A DNA stretch of 63,896 nt, the filler included, from Dimargaris cristalligena (taxonomy: Eukaryota), in the NCBI GenBank assembly GCA_003614675.1. It is 13 parts of 13 records of this genome, joined end to end, with 100 filler letters (N's around TTAATTAATTAA, not from the genome) between each part and the next. Parts side by side here need not be neighbours in the genome. Positions count along the whole stretch, not along the records: positions 1 to 4,920 come from ML003708.1; positions 5,021 to 9,931 come from ML003709.1; positions 10,032 to 14,937 come from ML003710.1; 10 more parts are not named here. One strand, 5' to 3'. Below the pieces are notes generated by a model. That model had not been told where the DNA came from. It saw nothing but the letters and a program-made list of their open reading frames with translations, and did no database searches. This document shows, in pieces, positions 1 through 12,203 of this stretch. Positions within the stretch are counted from its first letter, which is position 1. Each line of letters starts with the position of its first letter. Made by a program: the position numbers and the translations under genes.

Positions 1-280
1 TTCTTTTTTCTAGCTACTAACATTGTCCTCTTTAGCACACGACACTATTAAGGATTCATGCAGCACTAGCCCCACGGCTATATAATACTTGTTAAGCTAA
101 GTGTCCCTTATCTAAAAAAATTTAGGAGAGTATAATCATAAATAGATATCACCAGGGGATTGTTATTTCTTGGTATTACCTATTATACTTAAGGGGTAAC
201 TGTCTAGTCTGTAATAACTGAAAACCCCATTATATAAGTTTGTAAAGAAGGTGGCTGGTAATAAGGTTTAATAGTAGAAA

Positions 281-861
281 TATTAGCCCTTCTAATCTAC
301 CTTAATCCAGATACCATGCCATCCATCCTTATTGGGCCTTATAATACTATATTAACCTTCCCATAGTCATCCCCAGTACTATGGGGTTATCCTATATCAT
401 ATAACCCTTCCCTTTCTGGACTCTGGAGTTCCCATAAATCACTCCCAGGCTGATTTAACAACTCTTCCAGTTCCTAGTAGAGTCTTCTATGCCCTTACAC
501 CATCTGGTTAGTATTTTATCTACCAATATTTATAGTAGTATCTTCCTTTTAGGGCCTCCCTTTGGAGTAGTCCCCTGTATATATATAACTGGCCCCCACT
601 GGGACCAGTTAGATTCCTTAGCTTATTCCTATCCCCCCTGTTTATCTCAATAAATATCTCATATATGCTCACCCATTGTACTGACCAGTAAGTGTACACT
701 GCTGCATGTCCCTTGCATAATGGACTACATAAGCCTTTATTAGTTAGTACTGCCCCATACCCAATATTAGTAGCCTACTTAGCTGAGCCTAAGCCCCACC
801 TACTGTTGGAAGCCTATCCTTAGGACTCTTGATGGACTAAGAGTAGTAAACCCGAGTGACA
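281..861 (+). mobile_element. LTR family A copy (~580 bp), transition-mutated
   Basis: Aligns end to end in inverted orientation with 35354..35938. Ends in ...GTGACA. The 5' end reads TA, probably a mutated TG. A TATATATA (~578) is followed by AATAAA (~649), as expected for U3-R-U5. CpG is nearly absent. No matching TSD is visible. Confidence 0.75.
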
Positions 862-913
862 TTCTTTAATATAAACTTTGAAATGCTAATTAAGGAAAAC
901 TATCAGGTAGTAA

Positions 914-1180
914 TTATGTAGTATAGGGTGGCCTCATATTCCATGTACCAGGCTGGGAGAGATGTGAGGTAGAGTTGACACCCACCTCAGGTTGCTTCAA
1001 TGCTGCAATGGAGGGTCCGAACTTAAAAGGTTTCAGGATGTTCAGGGACGCGGATTGGGTGATCTCAGGGTTGCTGAAACTCATAGTTAATGTTGGATAT
1101 AAATGTAGGAAACAAGGAAATAGAATTACCAAAGCGCTTAGAATAATACTAGCAAAAATAATAATGGTTTATTAAAAATG
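914..1180 (-). repeat. Dispersed short-ORF repeat family 1 (homologous to 57870..58070)
   Basis: Translation VILFPC..PEITQSASLNILKPFKFGPSIAALKQPE matches VIKFPC..SETTQSAPSSIRKLIMLGPSISALKQQE at 57899. The upstream DNA also aligns. Confidence 0.6.
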
Positions 1181-1743
1181 TATAATAGTTTCAAATATGA
1201 AATATGAACCTCAACTGGCAGATGTTTTTTTGTTTCCTTCACAGGATTTCATTATTTTTATATGTAATTTCGAATATTATAGAACATACTAGCTAAATTG
1301 CAAAAGTGGATATAATAGAATTGGCAGGAATGTTTGATAGCTGATTCTGTTGGCATATATCAACAATCAAAGAATAGCAAATTTTAATTGCAATGGTGAC
1401 ATAAAATCCGTCGCTAGGCGTAGATATGATAAAAACAAGCTAAGTATACCACTGACAAATAGGCCATGCGTAAGGTACAATATCAACTGCTAGCAATCAG
1501 TTATGGCATGCCGGACGGCACTATATATATTTAGACTCAGTAGGACCTGCGGGCCTGTCGGCCAATTTAAACCTGGGCAATACACCAATCATGGCATATT
1601 TCAAAGATGATTTACGGGGCTTTGTGGAAGAAATCGATATAGTGGTTTTCATCAACAGCCGCGAGCAAGAATAGTTTTATATTCCCTAGGACACAGAGAA
1701 CATGACTCAGTCTTATGAAGACTAAGCTGCCGCCATAAATGAA

Positions 1744-2712
1744 CTACTCGGACAACACGTACTCATTACACTCTTTACAATAAAATTCGCCTGTAATTGT
1801 TTCATACACGCTGTGACCATCATGGTCAGTTGTATTAGAACCATGGCTATAACTGGAATCATTGTCTGAGCCATCACTAGATTCACGTTCGGAGTCATCA
1901 CTGGATTCACGGTTGGGGCCATCATTGGGTTCACGGTCGAAGCCATTTCTGGATTCACTGTCAGGGTCATTTCTGGAACTATCATGGTCGTCCGTATTGG
2001 TGTAGCGACCATTGGGATTGGTCATATTTCCGATGGATATCGATTGAATCTGGCTAATGACATTGTGGAAATCATCAGTGCGTTCGACATGGTAGGAAGT
2101 GTTGCTGCTGTTTCGGGTCATTGAAGTACCGGTGTATCGCACTGCATCGATGGTGAGGACATTACCTTGGTTTAGTACTCCGATCACCGGCTCGTTATAT
2201 TCAGTGTCCCGATTATATTCTACACCCATCAACATATACTTATCAAGCTGTATCTGCGATTTACTCCTTTGGATGCTAGGGGATGCTGATTTGGATTCTC
2301 CCACCGCTATAATATATTCCATATCAGGTCGGTCGGCATTGGGATTGTCCGTGCGATATACCGTCCAATCAGGCCGTAAAAATGAATCCGTCGTTGCGGT
2401 ATTGGGCTCGGCGATGATAGTATTGTCTTCGGTTTCATATGTGGCATTGAATACATGGCCCGTTATGGAATCAAATGGATGCTCACGCCTTGGTGTACGC
2501 GAGGCCTGACGAAACAATGACGGAAGGGCAGCTAAATTGGATGTCACGCGAAATGCATTGGTGTCTAAGACGTGGTTCACAGGGTAACGTTCCTCCAAAG
2601 GGGTGGGACTGGTAGCAAATAAATCGCTATTACGCTCAGAGTGTGCTGGACGCCTTTCACCATCATCGCTATCTCGTTCACGACGGGTATACGCTCTATC
2701 AGAAAATGACAT
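1744..2712 (-). CDS. Intronless orphan protein (322 aa) with a putative PD-(D/E)xK restriction-endonuclease-like domain, acidic repeat tail and terminal CxxC
   Basis: Long intact ORF. Motif order RPDWTVY...IIAVGESK...QIQLDKYM...VIGVL fits PD..(E)xK..QLxxY of REase-fold proteins. The C-terminus reads HDGH..FYCKEC. Confidence 0.55.
   Translation of the reverse strand: MSFSDRAYTRRERDSDDGERRPAHSERNSDLFATSPTPLEERYPVNHVLDTNAFRVTSNLAALPSLFRQASRTPRREHPFDSITGHVFNATYETEDNTIIAEPNTATTDSFLRPDWTVYRTDNPNADRPDMEYIIAVGESKSASPSIQRSKSQIQLDKYMLMGVEYNRDTEYNEPVIGVLNQGNVLTIDAVRYTGTSMTRNSSNTSYHVERTDDFHNVISQIQSISIGNMTNPNGRYTNTDDHDSSRNDPDSESRNGFDREPNDGPNRESSDDSERESSDGSDNDSSYSHGSNTTDHDGHSVYETITGEFYCKECNEYVLSE
1855..1980 (-). 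repeat. In-frame 24-bp tandem repeat (~5 copies) encoding Asp/Ser/Glu-rich octapeptides
   Basis: On the minus strand GTGAATCCAGTGATGGCTCCGACC-like units recur every 24 nt (DSESRNGF/DREPNDGP/NRESSDDS/ERESSDGS). Confidence 0.8.
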
Positions 2713-3794
2713 TCCTGTTTGTTCACTTGTTTGTATCTGGCCAGTGTACTAACTTGTACTCGAATCTCCTTCTGTATTTCCAACTGTTGTCACAGTTAGT
2801 ATTATAAAAACAACCAAAGAAAAAACTGGTAAGGCTATCATGGAGGATGTCTACACAACCTAGTCTATAAATTTCCACGCTTAATCAACATTCGATTAGA
2901 CTTACTATACAGTGGTGTCAGAATATCAGAACTGATCGGCACGACGAGTTTGGTCAATTAACTGGTACTTAGAACAGAAAAACTGAAGGAGCCGAAGATC
3001 CGGATACTAAAAAAAGGAAAGGTCCAAGGCCTTGGTAAATATGAATAATAAAGGCCCGGCAATAAGTGTCAATTGGTATTGCCGCAGATGAAAGAGGAAT
3101 ATAAAATGATTGTAGGTCTGCAAATGTGTAGAAAAAATGCTTGATCATTTATGAATGGGACAATAGGGGTAGGTTTTTATACCCGAGTGATTACCTACTA
3201 TGTTGACTGGCACTGCTGCGTTCTTGAATTCCCGCAGTGCATATCCTACTACTAAACTAAAGATTATTATGAAGGGGTGTGTAGCTTCAGGCGGGAAGTT
3301 TACACTGCTGCTAACATGGATAAGCAAAAAGGGGAAGGTCCTTTGACCTTCCCATGGTCAATAATAATAGAACATAAATTTGGATAGTTGATAAATGAAT
3401 AATATATGGGAATAGTGGTTGCATGGCCATATCTAGTCATTGGTAAAAGAACCATTTGAATAGGAGGCTGAAGCATTGGAGAAATGGCCTTCCAGTTTCC
3501 ATGGGTAGAGTAGAAGGCCTACCCCATGACATTAGGCCAAATAGGTTTTAACCAATTCCAAAAACTCCACCTGGATTACCTAATAAGGCTATTAGCTACC
3601 TACCACAATATCTTCCTCCCCTGTGGTACATCTATATAGTAATACCTAGCATGGAATCATCAATCACTAATGATCAATATCACCCCCTCCTACATATGGC
3701 CCATCCATCATTTCTATATTTAGTTTGATGATATCCCATTAATATCTTTTATGCCTACTATTTTACCATTAATATTATTAATAATATTCCACGT

Positions 3795-4055
3795 ACTAAC
3801 TAGACTGGATTAAGTCTAGTTAGTAGTGACTATATTAGGCTTTATTGTATCATATTACCATTCCCATGACTACACCTAGTACTATGGGACTATTAATTAG
3901 TATAACCTTTCTAGCCCTGACCCCATCTTCCCACTATTCACCTTAGTGTAAACCTAAAGACTCTTCCAGTTCCCATAAGAGTCTTCTAGACACTACTAGG
4001 CCCTAGCTGGCCTATTTACCTAGATTATTAGTATTAGTAGTTTTCCTTTTAGGAT
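3795..4055 (+). mobile_element. Degraded partial LTR family A copy
   Basis: Shares blocks with 300..555 (TTCCCAT-AGT...AGTACTATGGG, ACTCTTCCAGTTCC..AGAGTCTTCTA, TTCCTTTTAGG). Boundaries are approximate. Confidence 0.6.
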
Positions 4056-4233
4056 ATGGGCTTTATATGATATTATTAAGATATTAAAATAAATAAAAAA
4101 ATGTTATTAAAGGGGTAGGTTAACCTCTCCAGCTAAACTAGATAGCTACTTTATATAAAAATTAATATAAATTATAGTAGCAATAGTCCCTATTTAGAAG
4201 CTTAGAAGAACTATTCCTTAGTAACTACAATAT

Positions 4234-4440
4234 GGAAGAAGTTCATTCAAGCTGTATAACAAAAAATCCATTGGAAGAGGCCAATATTATTGGTTAAAAG
4301 ATATGGGAGTAGTTCAACCAGGCTGTATAACAAAAAATCCATTTGATGAGGCAAATACTACTAGTTGAAAATTAACATCCCACCGATTTTCCCATACACA
4401 TATTGGCTAAAACCTTATACAGCTAAGCTGAACTTTACCC
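4234..4440 (+). mobile_element. 136-bp MITE (4305..4440) preceded by a truncated copy (4234..4300)
   Basis: Imperfect TIRs GGGAGTAGTTCAACCAGGCTGTATAA / TTATACAGCTAAGCTGAACTTTACCC, with ATAT on both flanks. Confidence 0.8.
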
Positions 4441-4478
4441 ATATCAAAAGGGTATAAAATCTAAATAATATAGTTAAC

Positions 4479-4807
4479 TGTTACCTAGGTTAACTACTCT
4501 TAGTCTACTAAGAGTCCTAAGGATAGGCTTCTAATAGTAGGTGTGCCTAGGCTTGGCTAAGTAGTTACTAATATTAGTTATAAGGGTAGGGTATTAACTA
4601 ATAAAGGCTTAGCAATAGTATATATATAAAGGATATATAGTAATATATACTTACTTGTTAGTATAATAAGGTAAGTATATATAAGGGTTTATTAGATAAA
4701 TTAGGGTTAAGAATAAGCTAAGGTACTAATAAGTATTAATATAGTCCTATTATTACAATATAAGAATACCTCCAGTAGAAAGGTCCTAAGAATAATACTA
4801 TAAAGAC
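4479..4807 (-). mobile_element. LTR family A copy, interrupted by LTR family B
   Basis: Starts TGTTACCTAGGTTAACTACTCTTAGTC, the reverse complement of the 861 end. It is the most TpA-rich copy. Confidence 0.7.
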
Positions 4808-4920
4808 TGTAAAGAACTGAACTCAAATCCTTGAAAACTGAACTTTATTTGAAAAAATAGATAATAAAAGGGAAAGGTGATAATAGACTTGCTGTTCCAA
4901 GAGGTGGCAGCAAGGGGGAG
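4808..4920 (-). mobile_element. LTR family B terminus (runs into the contig end)
   Basis: Begins TGTAAAGAACTGAACTCAAATCC and matches 35009..35092 in inverted orientation. AATAAA is present on the minus strand. Confidence 0.6.
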
Positions 4921-5020
4921 NNNNNNNNNNNNNNNNNNNNNNNNNNNNNNNNNNNNNNNNNNNNTTAATTAATTAANNNNNNNNNNNNNNNNNNNNNNNN
5001 NNNNNNNNNNNNNNNNNNNN
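4921..5020. other. Artificial contig spacer N44-TTAATTAATTAA-N44
   Basis: Identical 100-nt spacers also lie at 9932, 14938, 19943, 24946, 29937, 34909, 39881, 44851, 49815, 54781 and 59741. The 12-mer gives stops in all six frames. Confidence 0.98.
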
Positions 5021-5039
5021 TAGTTATATATATATTTCT

Positions 5040-5354
5040 CATTTCTTATAAACCTCGAATTAGCCGATTTTCCTCGCACATTATTTTCAATTCTCTTATA
5101 TTTCACTTAGTCTATTATTTTCATATTGCTCTATTTCTTTTTAGTAAATAAATTTGTAAAAAACCACAATGTCTTTCTCGCCGCAAAGCGCTTCTACAAC
5201 CCCACCGTTGGCTCCACTACAATCTGCCAATAACGAGATCCCTGATAGTAGTTCGAACCTCCCGCCGATTTTCCCAGCTTTTCCCCCCCATGACGTAATC
5301 CCTGACCTAACCGGTCCACCGGGTCTCGGCGCTACACAAACACTATCGTATTGA
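5040..5354 (+). repeat. Dispersed short-ORF repeat family 2 (ORF 5169..5354 plus conserved AT-rich leader)
   Basis: Leader CTATTATTTTCA..TAAATAAATTTGTAAAAAACCACA and ORF block AACCGGTCCACCGGGTCTCGGCGCTACA both match 33420..33770 on the minus strand. Confidence 0.55.
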
Positions 5355-5561
5355 AAAATGGGATTTATTGATTAATCTATACAATTGGACCACTCGACTG
5401 GTAAGGTTGAACTATTATGGAAAAGGGTGATCAAGCAAATGCTCCTCCGCCAAATGACCAGCTTACTAGTATTTCCCAAACCTTTCACCTCCTTCGAAAT
5501 ACAACCTGATGCATGGTAAATATATGTATTTATAAATGTGTGTGTGAGCCCATCCCATCCA

Positions 5562-8500
5562 TTAAGCGAGGTATTTATAAACGCGTCGATCATTCGCACT
5601 CCGTTCGAGGTAATCGCGGTCGATTAGTATTTCTATACGTTGCTTGATCATCGTAGGGTCAGCCAAAAAGCGCGGTTGTAATTGTCCCGTCACCTCGGCC
5701 AATAGGTGATTATGATTCAGCTGCTTACGCTGCTTCATGATACGTACAATAGCGGCCTCCACTAATCCTTTACGGCTCTCATTGACCCAGGCCTGGGTGG
5801 CCCGTCGCTCGGATTCGGATTCCACCCCGTTACTTTCACCAGCGAACACGGAAACGCCGGGGGGCGAATGGACGCCGGAGGGACAGTGGTCTTTACCACT
5901 ACCCCCTTGGGCATGAGGTCCACTGCCGCCGCCAGCATGTCCGGCATTTCCGCTGGAAGCGGCGGCCCGGAACTTGATTTTGGCCAGGGGTGACATGAAT
6001 TTCGCATTGACTTGAAACCGGTCCGTAGCGGGCTCAATATCGGACGAGGGTGGGTCTTTAGTCAACACCTTATATTTGCCACACGCGAGGGTCCGCAAGT
6101 TGCGACGGAGCTCGTATTCAGGGACACTGGTGCGCTGGACGAGGTCATTAAAGGTTAACCATGTCGATTCGTCGGTTTCTTCGTTAAAACACAGGAGAAT
6201 AAGCATTTGGAAGGTAGATACGTTCAGGATATACTTTTTCGTACCGAAACAGCAGCGAATGTCGGCATGCCCCGCGTTAAGTTGCCAGGTCAACCGGCGC
6301 CCGTTGTGTTTATTCAGGTAAAACCGGTTGTAGGCCTCCAGTCCCGATAATAGCTCTAGAGGGAGTTGGATGGTGGAGGTAACGGGGGCGGAGGAGCTGG
6401 TTGGCGCATTAGTCGAGTTCGTGGAGGTCGTGAACGCCGTGACTGAAGTAGCCGGCATCGGCCAGTAGGATGCCGTCAGTACTTGGACGTTCAGTTTGAA
6501 ATCTACTGCGTCGAGAATAGTGTGCTGGTGGTAGGTCTGGAATTCATCGTTACTTTCGGCGGATATGCGCATATCGTTGAACATTCCCTCCAGTTTCGAC
6601 GTGAATTGGTAGCCACATTCCACTTTGAGTTTGGTGATCATAGATCGCTCGGCATCTTCGGACAAACTGCGTTGAAGCAAGAGACGCTTGGCTAAATGCT
6701 GCTTGTAATACCGCTCGAATACATCCTTATCGTTGAGGTAACGAAACACAGTCACCGTAGAACTTAAAGCAGCGTCTGTGTCTGCCTCACTCTTGCCTCG
6801 GCCCCCACGAGTCAGGTGGTCATCAATATAGAGGGACAGGAATTCAGGCGATTTGGCCTGCTGATTGATGAAATTGGCGAAGGATTGGTTAAAGCCGACA
6901 TCAAATGAGGTATCACCCCGGAAGCAGTCCGACACCAGGGTATGGGCCAACTGGACCAGTTCCAGTACTCGCTGGACCCACCGGGTGGAGACAGGTGAGC
7001 TGTTACCCCCTTTGGCGTTATTCTTGGATCGTTTAGCAGCCGCCGGGGTTGGCGGGGCTTCGAGCTCGGTCTTGGTTTGCTGGTTGATTTCCACCCCAAG
7101 CTGAAGAATTAGGGCGATGCACTCGGCCTTCAGCTCGGCTAAACTAGTGGGAGTCTCTTTAAAGAGGGTATAGAGAAGATTCAGCTCTTCGAATTGCCGC
7201 TGATTCACCATGGCCGCTAGACCGCTTGGCATCTATAAGGTGTCAGGAAAAAATTGCAAGCGGGTTAATATTCAGCCATGGAAGGCCCTCAGAAAGACTG
7301 GGTAAAACGAGTGAGGTTGCCATCTACGTGTGGCTATGCTGACGAACAGGGTTATCAACCTCCACGAAGTAGAGTCAGATCACCGGAGGTTTCAGCAGCT
7401 GTGGGCTGGGTCGGAATGAATAAACATATACTAACCTTGAGTAGTGTCGAACTATGCGCTGCGACAAGCTCGGCGTGGACCGCTTTGGTTAGCTGACTCC
7501 CGGTCTCGGGCGGTAGGTAATTCTGGCAGCGTTCCAGCTCACAGTCCAATGACCGGCTGGTAAATCGAAGGAACTGGATGGTCCCCAACTCCTGGATTTT
7601 CTCCGCACCCACTCGAGCGTAATACTGCATGGTACGGTTTACAATGGCCGGCTCAAATACAGTATGGTAAATACTCGTAGTGAACACCGTCGAAGTAGCC
7701 GGCACGGTATTAAAGAGCGTGATTGTTTTCTTCAGGAGCACCCGATCCACCAGATCCCCTCCTCTTTCTCGGTCAATATCGGCCAAAATCTGGTTCAGGA
7801 CACGGGGTTGAATTTGGTAGGTACTTGACTGGAGAACAACGTCTCTAAAAAGGGAAAGTCCCATATCGTAAGTCAATGGGACCTGGGCGGTGGTGCAGTA
7901 ATGACGGTCCTAGAATATCGGGATTGTATATTAAGGCAGGAGAGCATTGCCTCTGAAGGAATGGTGAGTCGATAATAACCAGAGGAGTCTCTATCGTTTT
8001 CTCTCGGGGATATTCTGTAGTACGATGGGGGGGGGTGGTCTGCCAACATAACCGAGCCAGTAAGTACAGGTACAGTTCCTATGAAATGCACGCTTGTCAA
8101 CAGATGTTAGCAATATAAACTATTACAAAACGACACGAACATACCATATAGAGCAATATAACCTTAATGAGTTGGATACAGGTGCTGTGCTCGGACCACA
8201 GACGGTCTAACATGGCCAGGAGATTCGGGTCATCGCCGGTGGGCATTGTAGATGAGTCTGTTGACAGTATTATTGTATCATTCAACTCCTTGGAGTCCGA
8301 ATTCAACTGATTCGGGCGGTTATTGGACAGCCGAAACCACTCCTGCAACCGCCGCGATAGATGTTCTTTAATTAACCGCTGTACCCCTTCATAAAGGGTA
8401 TGGCCTTCCTCGTCGTTGACCATGTTATACGTACTACGGTATAGTTCTTCATAGCTGAGATTGGAGTCGTCCTGTTGGAAAATATTCCTGATTGCCTGGG

Positions 8501-8951
8501 CTAGGACATCCCACGTGGTACGATTATCGGCTGGGCGAGTTGCCTATAGAAAGAACAACCCCAAGCATTCATGGCAGTATGTGGTATGAGAAGGGAGGTA
8601 TATATAAACATCTATAAATCCTTATTGCTGGAGCAACGCTACAGTGCAACTCGCCCTACTATCTCTAAAGGCTACGTATGCGCTTTGGTTTGGGTTTGGC
8701 GTGGCCAGGTTGGGGAGGGCTTTGTGCCCCCTTTTGAATCGTACCCAGGACTGGTCCGGCGCCAGTGTTAATGGCGATGGCAAAGGCAACGGGTTGAGAT
8801 TGAGTGGCCCGGCATGACCAAGGGCGAGAGTGATAGTAAGAGTAAGAGTTAAGTTACCGAACTCCGTTCTGCTAATTGGTTAGTACGGTGTACTTACCCG
8901 GGCTTTGGGTGGCCGTATACGGGGCCTTGACTTTCGGTTAATGGTCGACAT
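5562..8951 (-). CDS. CUL3: Cullin-3, 4 exons (8898-8951, 8145-8543, 7436-7909, 5562-7232), ~865 aa
   Basis: N-terminal RIRPP..LSYEELYR and LLYM|DRHY. Cullin homology KDVFERYYKQHLAKRLL and CGYQFTSKLEGMF. Neddylation motif AAIVRIMKQRK. All introns are GT-AG and keep the frame. Confidence 0.93.
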
Positions 8952-9070
8952 GGGTCGGGGTGAAATGGGAAGAGGTAGAGGAAGGTCCAGGGCAGGAGGG
9001 GAAGTTAGGTGTAGAGGTAAAGAAAGTAATAGGGAAGACTGCGCATTTCTTCCAGGTTAAGTCACGATTT

Positions 9071-9206
9071 GGGTGAACTTCAACCCAACTGTATAAGATT
9101 TTACACAATATGTGTATGGGAGAATATGTGGGAGAATAACTTTTGACCAGTAATATTTACCTCATCAAATGGATTATTCGTTATACAGCCTGGATGAATA
9201 TCTGCC
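9071..9206 (-). mobile_element. 136-bp MITE, ~120 bp upstream of the CUL3 start
   Basis: Reverse-complement copy of 4305..4440 and 37245..37380 with both TIRs. Confidence 0.8.
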
Positions 9207-12203
9207 ATATGGAGCCCATCCACCAGCTTTCAGTTAAACTTTGTTAACGCCTCCAAGTACAGGGGAATGTTCCATTCCAGCTTCCTTTCAACCAATACAC
9301 CGGCCACTTCAATACAATGGACCGCAGCACCTATCAATTTTAACGGATATCGCGATTAGAGTCCATCTTGGGGGGACTTTCTCCCAAGGCCCCCCCACTA
9401 GGGAATGTGTTAGTGGGTTACAATAAAGGCCACCAAAAACTACAGCAATTTACAGCTAAACCTTTAAGTTGAGGAGGCCATTTATCACCCACTTTTCAGA
9501 CATTGGTCGTTGCGCATATGGAACTATTAAGAAATATAGCTTGTATGGCAACATACGGGATGTCTTGTTAATTATGTACAGGGGAGGTTTAATGTGACTG
9601 TTTAAGCCGGCCTAATAGAGGCAAGACCTTACTATGCAGTTTGCCTATAGCAAGCCTTATTATACTATACCAGTTTCCCTCGGCAACACACTGTGCAATG
9701 ATGAACCTTTACTTCATCTCTAGTTAGTACCTTCAGACATTGCATCTTATTCCCAAGAATTGAACTGAAAATTATTGCATTCCTACCATAGTGTTTTAGA
9801 TACCGACAGCATCTGACAATATCTATATCATTACCTTCCGGATGATACGCAGGTACCATCTATACATACAAATGCCCCTACCGGGTTTACAACTAGTTAG
9901 TTTCATATCTTGTACTTCCCCCTTATTTATCNNNNNNNNNNNNNNNNNNNNNNNNNNNNNNNNNNNNNNNNNNNNTTAATTAATTAANNNNNNNNNNNNN
10001 NNNNNNNNNNNNNNNNNNNNNNNNNNNNNNNCAATTTGAATAAAACATCTTGATTTTGTACTTGTTTACTTTGTATAGAATTGTATCGACTTATAGTCTA
10101 CAGTTCTCCACCTATTTCAGACTATTGATTATTATTTACTAGAGTCTAGGTATTTTTCGCTACTCTATAGCTATTGGGACTTTTTTATTTATTTACTTCA
10201 TCAAATTTTTCCCATCACTGCACAACACTGTGTTGTGGCCAGATTAGCATGACCTTAGTAACCCTATTAATTCCTACATTTAACTTTCTTCAGTCTCGGA
10301 CCTTCCCTCCAAAAGAGGAAGACCTCCGAGAGTTTCTCAATTCCTTTAGTAATCAAATTGTTGTCTTCAGCATATTTTTCAATTCTTTATATTTTATGAG
10401 AATGGCAGACTTTCTGACCACATACCTTAGTAACACAATGCCCATTTATTGAGGAGTCATGTGGTCATAGTAGTAATAATTAGTAATATATAATCTGGCC
10501 ATTCCCCACTGGGTGGATGGCAATTCCTCTCCTAACTCCGATTTTTCTATTCCTTTTGAGTAATCATTATAACTAAAGTTATACTGGAAACTTCCTGTGG
10601 CTGTATTATTAATAAATCAGTTCTTATCTATACTTTAAAGCTGTGATTTGATTTATTTTCTTTTTTGGATGTCTTTGGCACAACATTCTATATGACAAAT
10701 AGTATATTAAATATATGTAAAACACTATAAATTATTGTATTAGTAGATGTAGGAATCTCAATATATATATTTGTCACTAATCACAATCGGGATTTGAAAA
10801 TAGCTAAATTAATTGAAGGCTTAATATCAGTATATCTATAAAATTGTAACAGTCTATACTTTACTTGGAGCTGCAACTCCTATTGGTATTTGTCTAAAAA
10901 CTGGCCTTATTTTGACTTATAGAGTGATACTTAGATGTAATATTTAATGATACTGAATAATAAATCAGGATAACTAAGGTGATAAAAGTGATATTGGTAG
11001 CATAACTTATGTTATAATAACTGAGGTTTAGATAGATTGCTGCCCATGAAATAAGTACAAGCAAAATAATCCGAAACCAGGATACTTTGATGATAAAGAA
11101 TACTGCCGGCATCACTGGTAATAAATCAGAGATCTGACTTGGTCCCAAGGTAAACTTTTTAGCTAAAATGGCCATTTGGGATTCTATGACCTAGACTCCA
11201 TACTTCAGCTGCTGTATGAAAGCCCGTACAGCCAGTTCCCAATTCACTAAACTAGCTATTATACTGCAAACAATTTCACCACATCCTATCTGGTCTATTC
11301 TTTCTTGGTGTGGGCTATTTTAATTCTTACTGGAAATTTTGACCTACTACAGGGGACGCTGCGGATGTATTCAAAGTGTCTTACTTCAGAGGGAACACAT
11401 GTCATGTGGATATTTTAGAGATGTCTATTCTTGATCACTATGATATTTCCTATAGGCAAATCTATTAAATCTACCCAGGCCCTGGTGCTATTTGGGGGGT
11501 CTTAGCCAAGTTCATTTTTGAGATGTAATATTGTTTGGCATAAATGAGCCCACATTACTTATCTTGTTCTAAGTAGTTCATAGTATTTAACTCCGAAGAG
11601 GCAATACCCATTCGACTTTGAATCATTGGTGGATTTATCCATTTGGGACTGGTGATTGAAATAGCTTGGAATACTCCCGCTACTTGATTTGCCCACCCCA
11701 CGGGATTTCTACCCCCGCTCCTAAAGAATCCGTCCCATCCCCCCAATCGCTAAATCGATTGTTACGGTGTGGTGCCTGTGGAGTTGAAGGAAGCTGAACG
11801 TGTACGGAGCACTTTCGCTCTGGCCCAGACAATCCCCGCTGTTAACCAACTCTTCCCCCACACCCTGCCCTTCTTCCGGTTTGTCTCTTCTGATCGAAGC
11901 ACATTTCTCTTTACCTTCTCCGCATCCCCCACTACTGTAAGTCTAGCCCGCTTGCCCTTTCTTATTTTATAAGACCCGTCTCCTAGCTGTGCGGTACCCT
12001 TTAGTTTGGCTGGGCTACTTCCCAGTACTATGTGATCCCGGACAGCTAGAGGGTTGCCGATTCCCTCTCCTAGACAGTTTCATCCGACCAAGGGGAAGGT
12101 GTACTAAGACCTTCCCCCATACAATTCCTTCAACTCCAAATCCGCCTAACTAACCTATACATCCGTTACTCTTTCTGCCACCACTAGTCCCAACTCCATC
12201 ATC

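Noticed and set aside
1722-2012. 96-aa Met/Val/Pro repeat ORF overlapping the nuclease-like gene
   Set aside because: It is an alternative frame of the 24-bp repeat with no independent support.
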